Below are positions 1 to 10,340 of a DNA stretch of 64,000 bases, piece after piece (position 1 is the stretch's first letter; every line of letters starts with the position of its first letter). A model generated the notes under the pieces. It was given only the letters and a program-made list of their open reading frames with translations, did not search any database and was not told where the DNA came from. The translations under genes and the position numbers were made by a program. Source of the DNA: Syntrophorhabdaceae bacterium (GTDB taxonomy: Bacteria > Desulfobacterota > Syntrophorhabdia > Syntrophorhabdales > Syntrophorhabdaceae); the NCBI GenBank assembly GCA_963665295.1, contig OY762209.1, positions 3,840,001 through 3,904,000 on the forward strand, given 5' to 3'.

Positions 1-869
1 GTCGTCCACGGATCGGGTTGCATGGCCTTGAGGCTAAGGGTAAGGCGGTCTTTGTCCCAGTCGAGCCCGATGATCTTGGCAGTTACTTCGACGCCCACGG
101 AAAGTATATTCTCCGGCTTCTCCGACCTGTCCCACGCGAGTTCGCTCATAGGAATAAGGCCATCGATTCCGCCAAGGTCCACGAAGACGCCGAAACTCTG
201 AATCGAGCGGACCTTCGCCTTGACTTCCATGCCCACCTCAAGACTCTTCTTGAGTGCATCAACCTGTTCCTGTCTTGCTTCCTCGAGCAGAGCGCGCCTG
301 GAAAGGATAATGTTGCGTCCCTCCTCTTCGTACTCAAGGACGCGGAAGGCAAACGTTTCGCCGATGTAAGGGCTCGTGTCGCGGCTTCCTCTGAGGTCGA
401 TCTGTGAAAAAGGACAGAAACACCGTACCTTACCCACGTAAACCTCAAAGCCGCCCTTGAGTTCGCCCGTTACCTTACCGTTTACAGGCAGGTTTGCCTC
501 ATGGGCATCGCGTATACCCTGCAGGTCGATCGTCGAAAGGCCCCGGACGAGGGTCGTCAATTTCTTCATCCCGTTTTGCACGGCAACAAAATAGACTTCC
601 AGTTCATCACCGGCTTTTATATTGTAGTGGGAGTTCTCATCCATGAACTCACTGATATCTACAACGCCTTCACTTTTGCCTCCCAGGTCTACATAAACGA
701 AATCGCCTGAAATGCTTACCACGCTGCACTTTATCTTCTGACCGGGGTCAAGCCTCTTGGAAAGGGCGCCGCTCTTTTCGAACAGCTCCGCGAATTGTTC
801 CTCTTTCTCGGCTTCTTCGTTTCTGATATCGGTGGCCCCATCACCGTTTTCAATATTTACCTCAGACAT
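1..869 (-). CDS. rpsA: 30S ribosomal protein S1 family protein (partial, runs off the window start)
   Basis: Missing from the ORF track because there is no stop codon in the window. Manual translation from ATG at 869 (SD GGTGAGGAG) gives MSEVNIENG...VYVDLGGKSEG...KGGFEV...CFCPFSQIDL...SFGVFVDLGGIDGLIPMSELAW...RLTLSLKAMQPDPW, which are tandem S1 domains. Confidence 0.9.
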   Translation of the reverse strand, partial: MSEVNIENGDGATDIRNEEAEKEEQFAELFEKSGALSKRLDPGQKIKCSVVSISGDFVYVDLGGKSEGVVDISEFMDENSHYNIKAGDELEVYFVAVQNGMKKLTTLVRGLSTIDLQGIRDAHEANLPVNGKVTGELKGGFEVYVGKVRCFCPFSQIDLRGSRDTSPYIGETFAFRVLEYEEEGRNIILSRRALLEEARQEQVDALKKSLEVGMEVKAKVRSIQSFGVFVDLGGIDGLIPMSELAWDRSEKPENILSVGVEVTAKIIGLDWDKDRLTLSLKAMQPDPWT

Positions 870-1087
870 AGCTCCTCACCTCATTAAGTAACCCTGCTAT
901 CAGATCATTTTGTATAGTTAAGAGATCAACGAACTGTATGGCATGGTCGGTATGTTTTGCTCTCGCTCTATAATGTACAATTTCTTTCTCTCTATGTCCA
1001 GTAAAGTCTTCTGATATGCGTCGGTTATGACCCGGAGAATGTGCCTTTCCGTCCGTGCCCGTCGTCATTTCCGTGTCATTTCGATGT

Positions 1088-1116
1088 TTGACAATCCTGA
1101 AATGACGGCATATATT
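1088..1116 (+). promoter_or_regulatory. sigma70-type promoter for the FKBP gene
   Basis: TTGACA-N17-TATATT. Confidence 0.6.
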
Positions 1117-1210
1117 ATCCTTTGTATAGACGTCGGCCTTCGTGACGGTCTGTATGCCGAAATAAAACGGCCCCCGGGAAGGGCGCATAATAATCCGGAA
1201 AGGAGAGTTC

Positions 1211-1900
1211 ATGAGATTAAAACTGGTAGTGATTTTGGCTGTTCTGTTGTTGGCGGGTCAGGTAATGGCGCAGGGGCAGACGACTTTGAAGACCCCTAAA
1301 GAGAAATTGAGTTACTCCATAGGCATGGATATAGGTACGACCATCAAGAGACAACAGATAGATACGGACAGCACCCTCCTTCTTCAGGGCATAAAAGACG
1401 CCCTGACGGGGAGCAAACCCTTGCTCACGGATCAGGAGATCAGGGAAACCATGACCAATTTTCAAAAAGAGATGGTGGCGAAACAAACTGAGCGGATGAA
1501 GAAGCTTGGGGAGAGCAACAAGAAAGACGGTGAGACCTTTCTCGCGGAGAACAAGAAAAAACCCGGCGTAGTCACCCTGCCTGACGGGCTTCAATATAAA
1601 GTGATCAAAGAGGGAACAGGCAAGGTGCCGAAGGCTACGGATACGGTTACGGTCAATTACCGTGGAACCCTTGTTGACGGAACGGAGTTCGACAGTTCTT
1701 TCAAACGTGGAGAGCCTGCGAGTTTCCCCGTGAACGGCGTCATCCCCGGCTGGACCGAAGCATTGCAGAAGATGAAGACGGGATCCAAGTGGCAGTTGGT
1801 CGTTCCTTCGAACCTTGCTTATGGCGAGAGGGGCGCGGGGAATGTAATAGGCCCCAACGCCGTACTCATATTTGAGGTAGAGCTTCTTTCCATTAAATAG
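1211..1900 (+). CDS. FKBP-type peptidyl-prolyl cis-trans isomerase (FkpA/Mip-like, with signal peptide)
   Basis: N-terminal SYSIG dimerisation domain; VNYRGTLVDGTEFDSS, VIPGWTEAL and LAYG motifs; SD AGGAG. Confidence 0.95.
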   Translation: MRLKLVVILAVLLLAGQVMAQGQTTLKTPKEKLSYSIGMDIGTTIKRQQIDTDSTLLLQGIKDALTGSKPLLTDQEIRETMTNFQKEMVAKQTERMKKLGESNKKDGETFLAENKKKPGVVTLPDGLQYKVIKEGTGKVPKATDTVTVNYRGTLVDGTEFDSSFKRGEPASFPVNGVIPGWTEALQKMKTGSKWQLVVPSNLAYGERGAGNVIGPNAVLIFEVELLSIK

Positions 1901-1916
1901 AAAGGACCTGTAAGGC

Positions 1917-1953
1917 CGCCCCCTTGAGCCGCCGGCGAGGGGGCGCTTCTCAT
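1917..1953 (+). terminator. GC-rich hairpin after the FKBP gene
   Basis: CGCCCCCTTG-N9-CGAGGGGGCG followed by CTTCTCAT. Confidence 0.45.
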
Positions 1954-2202
1954 ATTCCACCGCGCGGGAATTCCAATGCCTGCGCACCTCGTATGGCCGA
2001 ATGCCATGCCATCTATCCCCTGAACTTAATAAAAGCCTACTTCCGCCTTGACATCGCGAAGGACGGGAACTACCTTCTATCTAGCCTGATCCGGTCCCGA
2101 TAGCATGTCTTCCCTGTCGGGCGCGAAGGTTCCGGAGTAGAACGGCGCGCGCGGCGGAAACGGTCCGGGGGTTATGTGAAACCAGTGTGAGGAGGAGAGA
2201 CT

Positions 2203-2391
2203 ATGAGAGTACGAGTGGACGAGGATGCATGTGTGGGAGACGGCACGTGTGTGGAGATATGCCCGGAGGTCTTTGAGATGGAGGGCGACCTCGCGATAGT
2301 GAAGATGGACAAGGTTCCCGAGGAACTGGAAGACACGGTGAGGGAGGCGGCCGACGGTTGTCCTGTGGAGGCTATCGTCATCGACGAGTAA
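2203..2391 (+). CDS. monocluster ferredoxin
   Basis: CVGDGTCVEICP...CPVEAI; strong SD GGAGGAG. Confidence 0.92.
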   Translation: MRVRVDEDACVGDGTCVEICPEVFEMEGDLAIVKMDKVPEELEDTVREAADGCPVEAIVIDE

Positions 2392-2485
2392 CTACGCGCC
2401 GTATCGCTTCAGGTCGACAGACGGGAGATATTTTCGGGCGGCACGCGGTGATATTGTTGTTTTCACAATGCCAAGGAGGCAGTTT

Positions 2486-2893
2486 TTGAATGGTGGCATG
2501 AAAAGAGCCATAGAAGAAGCGATAATTCTGGCGGGGATGGTAGGACACGTTTTCGTGGCCACCGCAGACGACGAAGGGGTGCCCCATGTTGCAGTGGCGG
2601 GACAGTTGACTCATGCCGGAGACGGACGCGTGGCAGTGAGTGCGTGGTTTTGCCCGGCAACCCTGTCGAACCTTCAGATGAACCACCACATCGCCATTGT
2701 GGTCTGGGACAAAAGCAAAGACACGGGCTACCAGCTCTTGGGGGGCTCGGAGAGAATAGAAGGTATCGCCATGATGGATGGATACGTGCCGTCGGGGGAA
2801 GAGGTAAGGCCTATGCCCCAGGTGGAAAGGGAGATTACCATGCGGGTCACCAAGGTGACGGGTTTTACGCATGCTATCCATACCGATACATGA
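2486..2893 (+). CDS. pyridoxamine 5'-phosphate oxidase-like FMN-binding split-barrel protein
   Basis: FVATADDEGVPH, TLSNLQMNHHIAIVVWD and GYQLLG motifs. Probable start is TTG at 2486 (SD AAGGAGG); ATG at 2498 is the alternative. Confidence 0.75.
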   Translation: MNGGMKRAIEEAIILAGMVGHVFVATADDEGVPHVAVAGQLTHAGDGRVAVSAWFCPATLSNLQMNHHIAIVVWDKSKDTGYQLLGGSERIEGIAMMDGYVPSGEEVRPMPQVEREITMRVTKVTGFTHAIHTDT

Positions 2894-3062
2894 GGGCTTG
2901 TGCAGAGGACGGGAACGCCGGTCCTGATTCCGGAGGATGGTTTGCCGGACCCGCGGATACACGCCGTTTTGCCCCGTGTTTGTGAGAAAATTCCCTTGAC
3001 AAAAGAACCGGATAGATATACTTTTGTAATACTTTTTCTAAGAACAAACTATGAGGTCATAA

Positions 3063-4655
3063 GTGCTAAAGTCATTGAAACTTAGAGTTGTGCTTATTCT
3101 GGTGTTTTTGGTCATATCGGTGATTTACTGTCTGCCCAACATTATCGAGCCTCAGGGTGTGTGGAAACAGTATTTGCCTTCCGACAAGATACATCTTGGA
3201 CTGGACCTGAAAGGAGGCATGCACCTGCTCCTGGAACTCGATACCACCAAGATGATGGATAATCTTGTGGAGAGGAAATTCAACAGTTTCAAGGATGCCA
3301 TGATTCGCGACGGCATCCGCTTCCTGGCCCTTGACAAGAAGGACGGTTCAGTGTCGGTCACCATTAAAGCCGATCAGAAAGAGAAGCTGTATAATCTCGT
3401 GGGCAAGGAGTTTCCCGACCTGAAAGCGGGCGTTACCCGTACCGAGGGAGACAACTTCAGCGCCCAGTTCGTCTGGCTCGAAAAAGAGATTGCGAGCATA
3501 AAAGAGAACGCGGTGCATCAGGCACTGGAGACCATCCGTAACAGGATTGACCAGTTCGGGGTTTCCGAGCCCGTCATCGTGCAGCAGGGCGAGAACCAGA
3601 TACTTGTTCAACTCCCCGGCGTGAAGGACCCGGAGCGTGCCCTCGAGTTGATTGGAAAGACGGCACAGCTTGAGTTCAAGCTCGTAGACGAGGAGAACAG
3701 CGCAAGGGCCGCGTCAGGGACCGTTCCGGAGGGTGATGAACTGCTCACGGAGAAGAGGAGGAACCGGGAGACCGGTATCCTTACCACCACACCCATACTG
3801 GTGAAGAAGCAAGCCCTCCTCACAGGCGACCTTCTTACTAACGCCAAGGTCGGCATAGGAAGCGGGTTGGGCAGCGAGATCAGGGTGGATATCGAGTTCA
3901 ACAGCGAAGGTGCGCGACTTTTCGACAAAATAACCGGGGAGAATGTGGGAAAGAGAATAGCCATTGTCCTCGATAATACGGTTTATTCGGCCCCTGTGGT
4001 CAAAGAGCGGATCTCGGGCGGTAAGGGCCAGATAAGCGGAAGTTTCAGCATGGACGAAGCAAAAGACCTCGCGATCGTTCTCAGGGCAGGCGCCCTTCCG
4101 GCTCCGGTTAAGATTGTACAGAACATAACGATAGGGCCCACATTGGGTCAGGATTCCATCCGCAAGGGAATCCAGGCGGCGGTTCTCGGCGCGGTCCTGG
4201 TTATCATCTTTATGGTGTATTACTACAGGTATTCAGGTGTGATAGCCGATATCGCCCTTTTCCTTAATCTGATTTATCTTCTCGGCGCCTTCAGCGCCCT
4301 GAAGGCCACCATGACGCTTCCCGGTATCGCAGGGATCATCCTCACCATGGGAATTGGCGTGGACACGAATGTCATCATCTTTGAGCGTATCAGAGAGGAA
4401 TTAAGGCTGGGGAAAACTGTCCGGGCTGCCGTGGATGGGGGTTATTCAAAGGCATGGCTGACAATCTTTGATGCCCATATCACAACCCTCATCACCACGT
4501 TTATCCTGTTTATCTTTGGGACCGGCCCCATCAAAGGGTTTGCGGTAACGTTGAGCGTAGGCATAATTATCAATCTCTTTACCGCAGTCTTCGGATCAAA
4601 GGTAATCTTCGACTGGATAGTGGCAAAATATAAACCAAGGAGCTTAAGCATCTGA
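3063..4655 (+). CDS. secD: protein translocase subunit SecD
   Basis: LGLDLKGG, IRNRIDQFGVSEP, LRAGALPAP, GPTLG and DTNVIIFERIREE motifs. Confidence 0.98.
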   Translation: MLKSLKLRVVLILVFLVISVIYCLPNIIEPQGVWKQYLPSDKIHLGLDLKGGMHLLLELDTTKMMDNLVERKFNSFKDAMIRDGIRFLALDKKDGSVSVTIKADQKEKLYNLVGKEFPDLKAGVTRTEGDNFSAQFVWLEKEIASIKENAVHQALETIRNRIDQFGVSEPVIVQQGENQILVQLPGVKDPERALELIGKTAQLEFKLVDEENSARAASGTVPEGDELLTEKRRNRETGILTTTPILVKKQALLTGDLLTNAKVGIGSGLGSEIRVDIEFNSEGARLFDKITGENVGKRIAIVLDNTVYSAPVVKERISGGKGQISGSFSMDEAKDLAIVLRAGALPAPVKIVQNITIGPTLGQDSIRKGIQAAVLGAVLVIIFMVYYYRYSGVIADIALFLNLIYLLGAFSALKATMTLPGIAGIILTMGIGVDTNVIIFERIREELRLGKTVRAAVDGGYSKAWLTIFDAHITTLITTFILFIFGTGPIKGFAVTLSVGIIINLFTAVFGSKVIFDWIVAKYKPRSLSI

Positions 4656-5563
4656 TGGAATTCAGAGAGATTATAAAGAAGTCGAATCTAGATTTTATCG
4701 GTATGAGAAACAAGACGTTTATCCTGTCGGGCGTTCTCATATTACTGGGCCTCGTTGCCTTTGTGATGGTATCCATGGGCAAGGCCAACATGAGCGTAGA
4801 TTTCACAGGGGGAACCAATCTTCAGATTAAGTTTTCGACTCCTGTGGCAATAGGCGAGCTGCGCGACGCGTTGCTGGCCGGCGGGTTAAGTGATGTACAG
4901 ATACAGGAAGTGAGCGGGACAAGCGAGTTCCTGATAAAGACGAAGAAGACGGACACGGAAAAGGAAAAGGTGCAGGATATCGTGGGGCGCATTGTCTCCA
5001 CAGGCCTCCAGGGGAAAAAATACGAGATTCGAGGCAGTAACATGGTGGGCTCCTCCGTGGGACAGACCTTGAAGAAGAACGCCATTATCGCGATCGTGGT
5101 TTCTCTGGTGGGCATAGTTATCTATATTGCCTGGAGGTTCACCTTCATTTTCGGTATCGCCGCGGCTATCGCCACTTTTCACGACGTCATTGCCATGCTC
5201 GGCATATTTTGGGCGTTAAACGAGGAGATGAACATCCTCTTTATCACGGCGCTTCTCACCATCGCAGGATACTCTCTTACGGACACGGTTGTGGTGTTTG
5301 ACCGGATTCGCGAGAATATGGCGAAAATGAAATCCAAATCAGATCTCGGGACGGTAATCAACACCAGCATTAATGAAGTTTTGAGCAGGACTCTTATAAC
5401 CTCACTTACCGTGCTTCTGGTTCTGGCAGCCCTGCTTTTCATCGGGGGCAAAGTGCTTTTTGAATTCTCCCTGGCCCTGTTCATCGGGGTTATTGTAGGT
5501 ACATACTCGTCTATATTCGTAGCAAGCCCCCTCATCTTTCTATGGAGAAAGCGGGTGCGCTGA
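4655..5563 (+). CDS. secF: protein translocase subunit SecF
   Basis: DFTGG, GYSLTDTVVVFDRIRE and GTYSSIFVA motifs; coupled to secD (TGATG). Confidence 0.98.
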   Translation: MEFREIIKKSNLDFIGMRNKTFILSGVLILLGLVAFVMVSMGKANMSVDFTGGTNLQIKFSTPVAIGELRDALLAGGLSDVQIQEVSGTSEFLIKTKKTDTEKEKVQDIVGRIVSTGLQGKKYEIRGSNMVGSSVGQTLKKNAIIAIVVSLVGIVIYIAWRFTFIFGIAAAIATFHDVIAMLGIFWALNEEMNILFITALLTIAGYSLTDTVVVFDRIRENMAKMKSKSDLGTVINTSINEVLSRTLITSLTVLLVLAALLFIGGKVLFEFSLALFIGVIVGTYSSIFVASPLIFLWRKRVR

Positions 5564-5640
5564 GCCCCTGAAACGGGCACACTCCCTCATAGGGTACTCC
5601 ACCGTCCTTAAGTAATGTCAAATGTCCGGCTGGGTGTGCG

Positions 5641-7941
5641 GTGCAATCAAAACTTGAAGATGTACTTCAGGAGAAAGAACGCGAGTTAAAACTCTATCAA
5701 AGATTCCTGGATCTCAGGAGTCTTTGCGAAATGAGGATCTTTCCTTCCACTGATATTCCCTTAAGAGAACACGTAGAAGACCTGAAGTCCGTGGTGGAGC
5801 GAATCATGCCGGACCCGAGGGATAGAAGCGAGGAGATGTTTTCCGGTGAGATATTCGCCTTGCTCGGGGCGATCTACCTTCACGATACAGGCTTGGTGAA
5901 GGACTGCAAGTGGGATGGAAACGATGTCACTCTGAGCGCTTTCGACACTGCCCATAAGAAAATTCTGGTCAACAGCCTCATAGGCAGGCACCTCGACATC
6001 CCGGAAAGGGCTATAGAGATTGTCAATTACCTTAGTCTTTCGGACATCATACGGAAGACGCCCGTGAAGTGGGAAATTACAGAGGGCGAAAAAAAAGCTC
6101 TCATAAGGAACCCAAGGGTATTAGGTCATATTTTCGATTTTTCCCACCTCATCCTCGATGTCTTTTACGCTGATTTTCGATACTCGGGGCTGAGGAGGTA
6201 TACAGGGCTGAAACTTCCTCTGGATCGGAGGCGAACAGAAATTGAAATCGACAGCAGGGAAGGGGTTATCCGAATCAAATATCACGCCACGTCGCCTTAC
6301 GAACATCACCGGTTCGAGAGCGCCAAGGCCTATGTAAACGGCGCTTTCACCCTGTTCAGGAATAACGTCAACGGAAGACTGGGTCTGCAGTATAGAGAGA
6401 TTAAATGGGAAGTGACAGGTGATCCGGATTATGAGACCCGCGTTTCCGAGGAACCCTGCATCCGGGATGAGCGGAAATGGCCTCTCCTCGATAGATGGGA
6501 GGAAGCTGCATGTATTCTGGATAGGACCTTCGATCTTGGGTATGCCATGGTTGTGGGAGAGGAATCGGCAGGGAAGACCACGGTACTGCGATCGTTTGTT
6601 CTACCTCAGCTTACCTCCGTGACGGCAAATGCCTTTTACTGCGAGATCTGGGAGAACCCGGTGCGCGAGGTCCGGGACGTCATATTCAGGAGACGTAAGG
6701 GATTGGGTTATTCCGGGTTGGACATTATTTCCGTATGCAAACAGGTCCTTGGGGAAGGACCATGTTTTTTTGTGCTCGATGCCTGTGAGCGGGTAGCGGC
6801 CCTCGATCAAAAGGAGAAGGAAAAGCTCGAAAGGTTCCTGAATTTTTGTCTCGGCGAGGAGAATGCTTATCTCATCGTATCAGGAGATAAGGAAGGGTTT
6901 TTGGACTGGTTTACTCCTATGAGCAAAATGAACATGTCGTCGATCTTTGAGATCAAGGCTCCGGAGGGGGTAAGGGCCGGGGATGCTGCGGGATGGAACT
7001 CGGGAAGGGGAAGGGCCGGAGACTCCGGGCCCATCAAGTGGGAACTGCTTCACGGTGGCGTTAATGTGGAGGTTACACTGAAGGGGATCGTCGATGAGGC
7101 GGACGAGGCAAAAGAAATCAGGGGCATCCTTGCGTGCCTGATAGAGATGAACGAGAAGCACTTGAAGCGATACACCGTCGACGACATCCGGCTGGAGACA
7201 TGCATTCCGGGTGACCGGATCCTTCGATGTCTGGAGGTGTTAAAACGGGAGGGCATCATCACGAGGTCCGAGTTCTCCGGTTCCGTTTATTATTCTCTCT
7301 CCAGCAGATATCTCAAGACGGCTGTTTACGGTATTCTGAACCTCCGTGAACTGGAAGGAAAGAAGGACGTGAGGAACATGATCCACGATTCCTTCGTGAA
7401 TGAAGTCTTTCTGGATAAGGAAGCCCTGGACCTGATTCAGGAATGGCAATACGAGATGGTCTTTTCAAGAGAAGAAATGGGGTTGATAATCGGTAGTCTC
7501 ATAGATCTCGGGGAAGATTGCGGGTCTTTTCTCGGAAAGGCAAGACAGGACGAGAGCGGCATCGATATTCAGCCTATCCTTAAGTTTATATATTCGGGGG
7601 AAGCGGAGAAAAGGGCCAGGGCTATCGAAGTGCTCGTAGATATTCAGGACAAGAACATGGTCAACCCTTTGCTGATCCATCTCAGGAAAGAGAAGGTGCA
7701 CGAGATCAGGGACCTCCTTATCAAGGGGATAGGCCGTACCGGCAAGAAGAGGACAATGATTGCCATCATTCAGACCCTGAGGGAGATCGGAGACAGCCAC
7801 ATGCGGGTAAAGTCGATCCAGCTTTTTCATTCTCTTCTCGGAAAGAATGCGAAGGGCCTTCTTCAGGAAATCAAGGAACGGGAAGAAGACCCTGTCGTGC
7901 TCGAAGAGGTGGAGAGACTCCTTTCTAACTCGGAAACTTAG
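5641..7941 (+). CDS. uncharacterised multidomain protein: HD-like domain, STAND-like P-loop NTPase, winged helix and HEAT-like repeats
   Basis: AIYLHDTG (H81-D82); Walker A GEESAGKT (aa 306-313); Walker B FFVLDACE (aa 376-383); wHTH-like segment [12 protein letters not shown]...YYSL; helical C-terminal repeats. Confidence 0.65.
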   Translation: MQSKLEDVLQEKERELKLYQRFLDLRSLCEMRIFPSTDIPLREHVEDLKSVVERIMPDPRDRSEEMFSGEIFALLGAIYLHDTGLVKDCKWDGNDVTLSAFDTAHKKILVNSLIGRHLDIPERAIEIVNYLSLSDIIRKTPVKWEITEGEKKALIRNPRVLGHIFDFSHLILDVFYADFRYSGLRRYTGLKLPLDRRRTEIEIDSREGVIRIKYHATSPYEHHRFESAKAYVNGAFTLFRNNVNGRLGLQYREIKWEVTGDPDYETRVSEEPCIRDERKWPLLDRWEEAACILDRTFDLGYAMVVGEESAGKTTVLRSFVLPQLTSVTANAFYCEIWENPVREVRDVIFRRRKGLGYSGLDIISVCKQVLGEGPCFFVLDACERVAALDQKEKEKLERFLNFCLGEENAYLIVSGDKEGFLDWFTPMSKMNMSSIFEIKAPEGVRAGDAAGWNSGRGRAGDSGPIKWELLHGGVNVEVTLKGIVDEADEAKEIRGILACLIEMNEKHLKRYTVDDIRLETCIPGDRILRCLEVLKREGIITRSEFSGSVYYSLSSRYLKTAVYGILNLRELEGKKDVRNMIHDSFVNEVFLDKEALDLIQEWQYEMVFSREEMGLIIGSLIDLGEDCGSFLGKARQDESGIDIQPILKFIYSGEAEKRARAIEVLVDIQDKNMVNPLLIHLRKEKVHEIRDLLIKGIGRTGKKRTMIAIIQTLREIGDSHMRVKSIQLFHSLLGKNAKGLLQEIKEREEDPVVLEEVERLLSNSET

Positions 7942-9196
7942 TCATCCCGTGCACATATGGTCTCAGCGCTTCAGGTACGACGATGGCTCCGTCCTGAGTC
8001 TGATAGTTTTCCATTATGGCCATTACCGTCCGACCGATGGCAAGACCGGAACCGTTCAGAGTGTGAACAAGGTCAACCTTTCCCGACCCCTTCCTGTACC
8101 GGATCTTTGCTCGCCGCGCCTGAAAACTGTCAAAGTTGCTGCACGACGATATCTCCCGGTAGATGTTTTGTCCGGGTAGCCAGACCTCGATATCGTATGT
8201 CTTTGAGGATGAGAATCCCAGATCTCCCGTGGAAAGAGCCGATACACGGTAGTGGACGTTAAGCTTTTTTAAAACATCCTCGGCATCGAGGAGGAGGCTT
8301 TCCAGTTCGTCGTAGGAGTTCTCGGGAAGGGCGAATTTCACCAACTCCACTTTGTTGAATTGGTGTAGTCTTGTGAGACCTCTCGTGTCTTTCCCGTGAG
8401 CGCCGGCTTCCTTCCTGAAGCAAGGCGTATATGCCACGTACTTAATGGGAAGGTCATCTTCTTTGAGGATCTCGTTGTTGTGTATATTCGTAACGGGGAC
8501 CTCGGCTGTGGGGATAAGGAAATAGTCGAGACCATCGAGTTTGAAAAGTTCTTCCTCGAACTTGGGAAGTTGGCCCGTGCCTGTCATTGCCTCGCGGTTG
8601 ACCATAAAAGGTGGAAGGACTTCGGTGTATCCGTGTTCCCTCGTATGGAGGTCCAGCATGAAGTTGATGAGCGCCCTTTCGAGGAGGGCTCCGAAGGATT
8701 TGTAGAGGATAAAGCGGGAACCGGTGATCTTGGCGGCCCTTTTGAAATCGAGAATATCAAGCTTCTCTCCTATATCCCAATGAGCCTGCGGTTCGAAGTC
8801 GAAGACCGGTTTCTCTCCCCAGACTTTGACTACTTGGTTGTCTTCCTCACCCGAGCCTTCGGGGACGCTGCTGTGCGGGATATTGGGTATGACGAGAACC
8901 GCGTCGTCCCATTCCTTTTCCACCACTCTCAGTTCTTGTTCAAGGGTTTCTATACTTTTCCCAAGGGTTCTGAGGTGCTCGATCTTATCTGAAGCGTCGG
9001 CGCCCGATTTGCGGAGTTTTGCTATTTCATTTGAAAGCTCATTCTTCTCGCTCTTCTTCTTCTCGCTTTCCTGTATGAGGCTTCTGCGTTTCTCGTCGAG
9101 ATCAAGAACCTGTTTTATATCGAAGGCTGCTCCCCGTTTCCTCAGGGCCTCGGTCACAACTTCGGGTTTTTCACGGATCACTTTAGGGTCGATCAT
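7925..9196 (-). CDS. serS: serine--tRNA ligase
   Basis: [28 protein letters not shown] and [11 protein letters not shown] motifs. Confidence 0.99.
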   Translation of the reverse strand: MIDPKVIREKPEVVTEALRKRGAAFDIKQVLDLDEKRRSLIQESEKKKSEKNELSNEIAKLRKSGADASDKIEHLRTLGKSIETLEQELRVVEKEWDDAVLVIPNIPHSSVPEGSGEEDNQVVKVWGEKPVFDFEPQAHWDIGEKLDILDFKRAAKITGSRFILYKSFGALLERALINFMLDLHTREHGYTEVLPPFMVNREAMTGTGQLPKFEEELFKLDGLDYFLIPTAEVPVTNIHNNEILKEDDLPIKYVAYTPCFRKEAGAHGKDTRGLTRLHQFNKVELVKFALPENSYDELESLLLDAEDVLKKLNVHYRVSALSTGDLGFSSSKTYDIEVWLPGQNIYREISSCSNFDSFQARRAKIRYRKGSGKVDLVHTLNGSGLAIGRTVMAIMENYQTQDGAIVVPEALRPYVHGMTKFPS

Positions 9197-9199
9197 GGT

Positions 9200-9730
9200 T
9201 TATTCCTCCACTAATTGATTGTTAAATTCTATGGGTGCGTAGGTGTACAGCAGGCCGTTAATTGTATAGAGAGCCTGTCCCTCAACAAGGATCTGAACGC
9301 TTTTGGCCTCTGCAAAGTTCGAAAGGAACGAATTGACGAGCGAATAGACGGTCGTGATCTCGTTCAAGGGGTTTGCTTTGGCGCTCTTCAGTTCCTGAGA
9401 AAAATTGAGATACATGATTCCCTCTGCGTCTGTGGCGCTTTCGTGAAGGGAGAGGTTCTCCGGCACAGCCTTCTCTTTCTTAAGCTCTGCCACGATTATC
9501 GCGGCCTTGTCTTTTTCCGACAAGCCATTTTTCAATTCCACCATCTTCTTCGTAAGCCTTCCCCCGGCCGCAGGGATAAAGACGGTAAGGCTCTCTTTTT
9601 GAGGGATAGCGACCAACTTTCCCGGTTCCCGATTCCGCATAGTCCCAAAGAGGATTGCCCCCGCGACGCCGACGCAGACGAGGACGGACAGTATAATAAT
9701 CTTGGTTCTAAGTGGGGTGGGTCTTCGCAT
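9200..9730 (-). CDS. GerMN domain-containing membrane-anchored protein
   Basis: N-terminal TM segment; YLNFSQE...EITTVYSLVNSFL...VQILVEG motif. Confidence 0.75.
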   Translation of the reverse strand: MRRPTPLRTKIIILSVLVCVGVAGAILFGTMRNREPGKLVAIPQKESLTVFIPAAGGRLTKKMVELKNGLSEKDKAAIIVAELKKEKAVPENLSLHESATDAEGIMYLNFSQELKSAKANPLNEITTVYSLVNSFLSNFAEAKSVQILVEGQALYTINGLLYTYAPIEFNNQLVEE

Positions 9731-9777
9731 GACGATTCACGTTTACCTTAAGGGCCCGGCAGGCCTAAAACGGGGGC

Positions 9778-10338
9778 CTATCCGCCCTTGACTGCCGTAA
9801 CGAACTCTTCGGAGCGCATTACCCTGAAGATCGGGTAGATCGCGGAATTCCTGTAAGCGTCCACGAAGTTCGTGTGGATTTCCTTCTTGTAAGCGGCGCT
9901 CAAGTCCTCCAGGATCACGGTATGAAAATCGTGGCAGACGGCATCGAAAGCGGTGGCAAGCACGCAAAAGTGCGTGTTGACTCCTCCTACCGCTACTGTG
10001 TCTATATTCATACTCCTCAGCGTCTGATCGAGATCCGTCTTAAAAAAGGCGCTGAACCGTCTCTTCTCCAGTATTATGTCTTTCTTCTGAGGCTCGAGAT
10101 CCGACAGGGGCTTGGTCCCATCGGTTCCTCGTATGGCATGAGGCTTCATTCTTCCTTTGAATATGAAATCATTCTCCAGGAAACTGTCGCAGGCAAATAT
10201 TACCGGGACGGAGAGTCCCCGGCAGGTTCTTAGAAAATCCCTCACGGGTAATATGATCTTCTCTTCCTCTTTCTCGCCCGTACGGTTCTTGCTATAGTTT
10301 CCCTCGAGCATATCAACGATAATTACGGCAGCGTTCAT
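9778..10338 (-). CDS. isochorismatase-family cysteine hydrolase
   Basis: D-K-C triad context: IIVDML, EKRRFSAF, NTHFCV. Confidence 0.9.
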   Translation of the reverse strand: MNAAVIIVDMLEGNYSKNRTGEKEEEKIILPVRDFLRTCRGLSVPVIFACDSFLENDFIFKGRMKPHAIRGTDGTKPLSDLEPQKKDIILEKRRFSAFFKTDLDQTLRSMNIDTVAVGGVNTHFCVLATAFDAVCHDFHTVILEDLSAAYKKEIHTNFVDAYRNSAIYPIFRVMRSEEFVTAVKGG

Positions 10339-10340
10339 CT

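Noticed and set aside
18..710. Short ORFs at 18-407, 146-448 and 501-710
   Set aside because: They are shadows of the minus-strand rpsA frame that the ORF track missed.
2075..2200. GC-rich structured leader before the ferredoxin gene
   Set aside because: Hairpins can be drawn but match no RNA family I recognise. An Rfam scan would be needed.
3043..3069. AAGTGCTAA resembling a CIRCE half-site at the secD start
   Set aside because: The left arm TTAGCACTC is absent.
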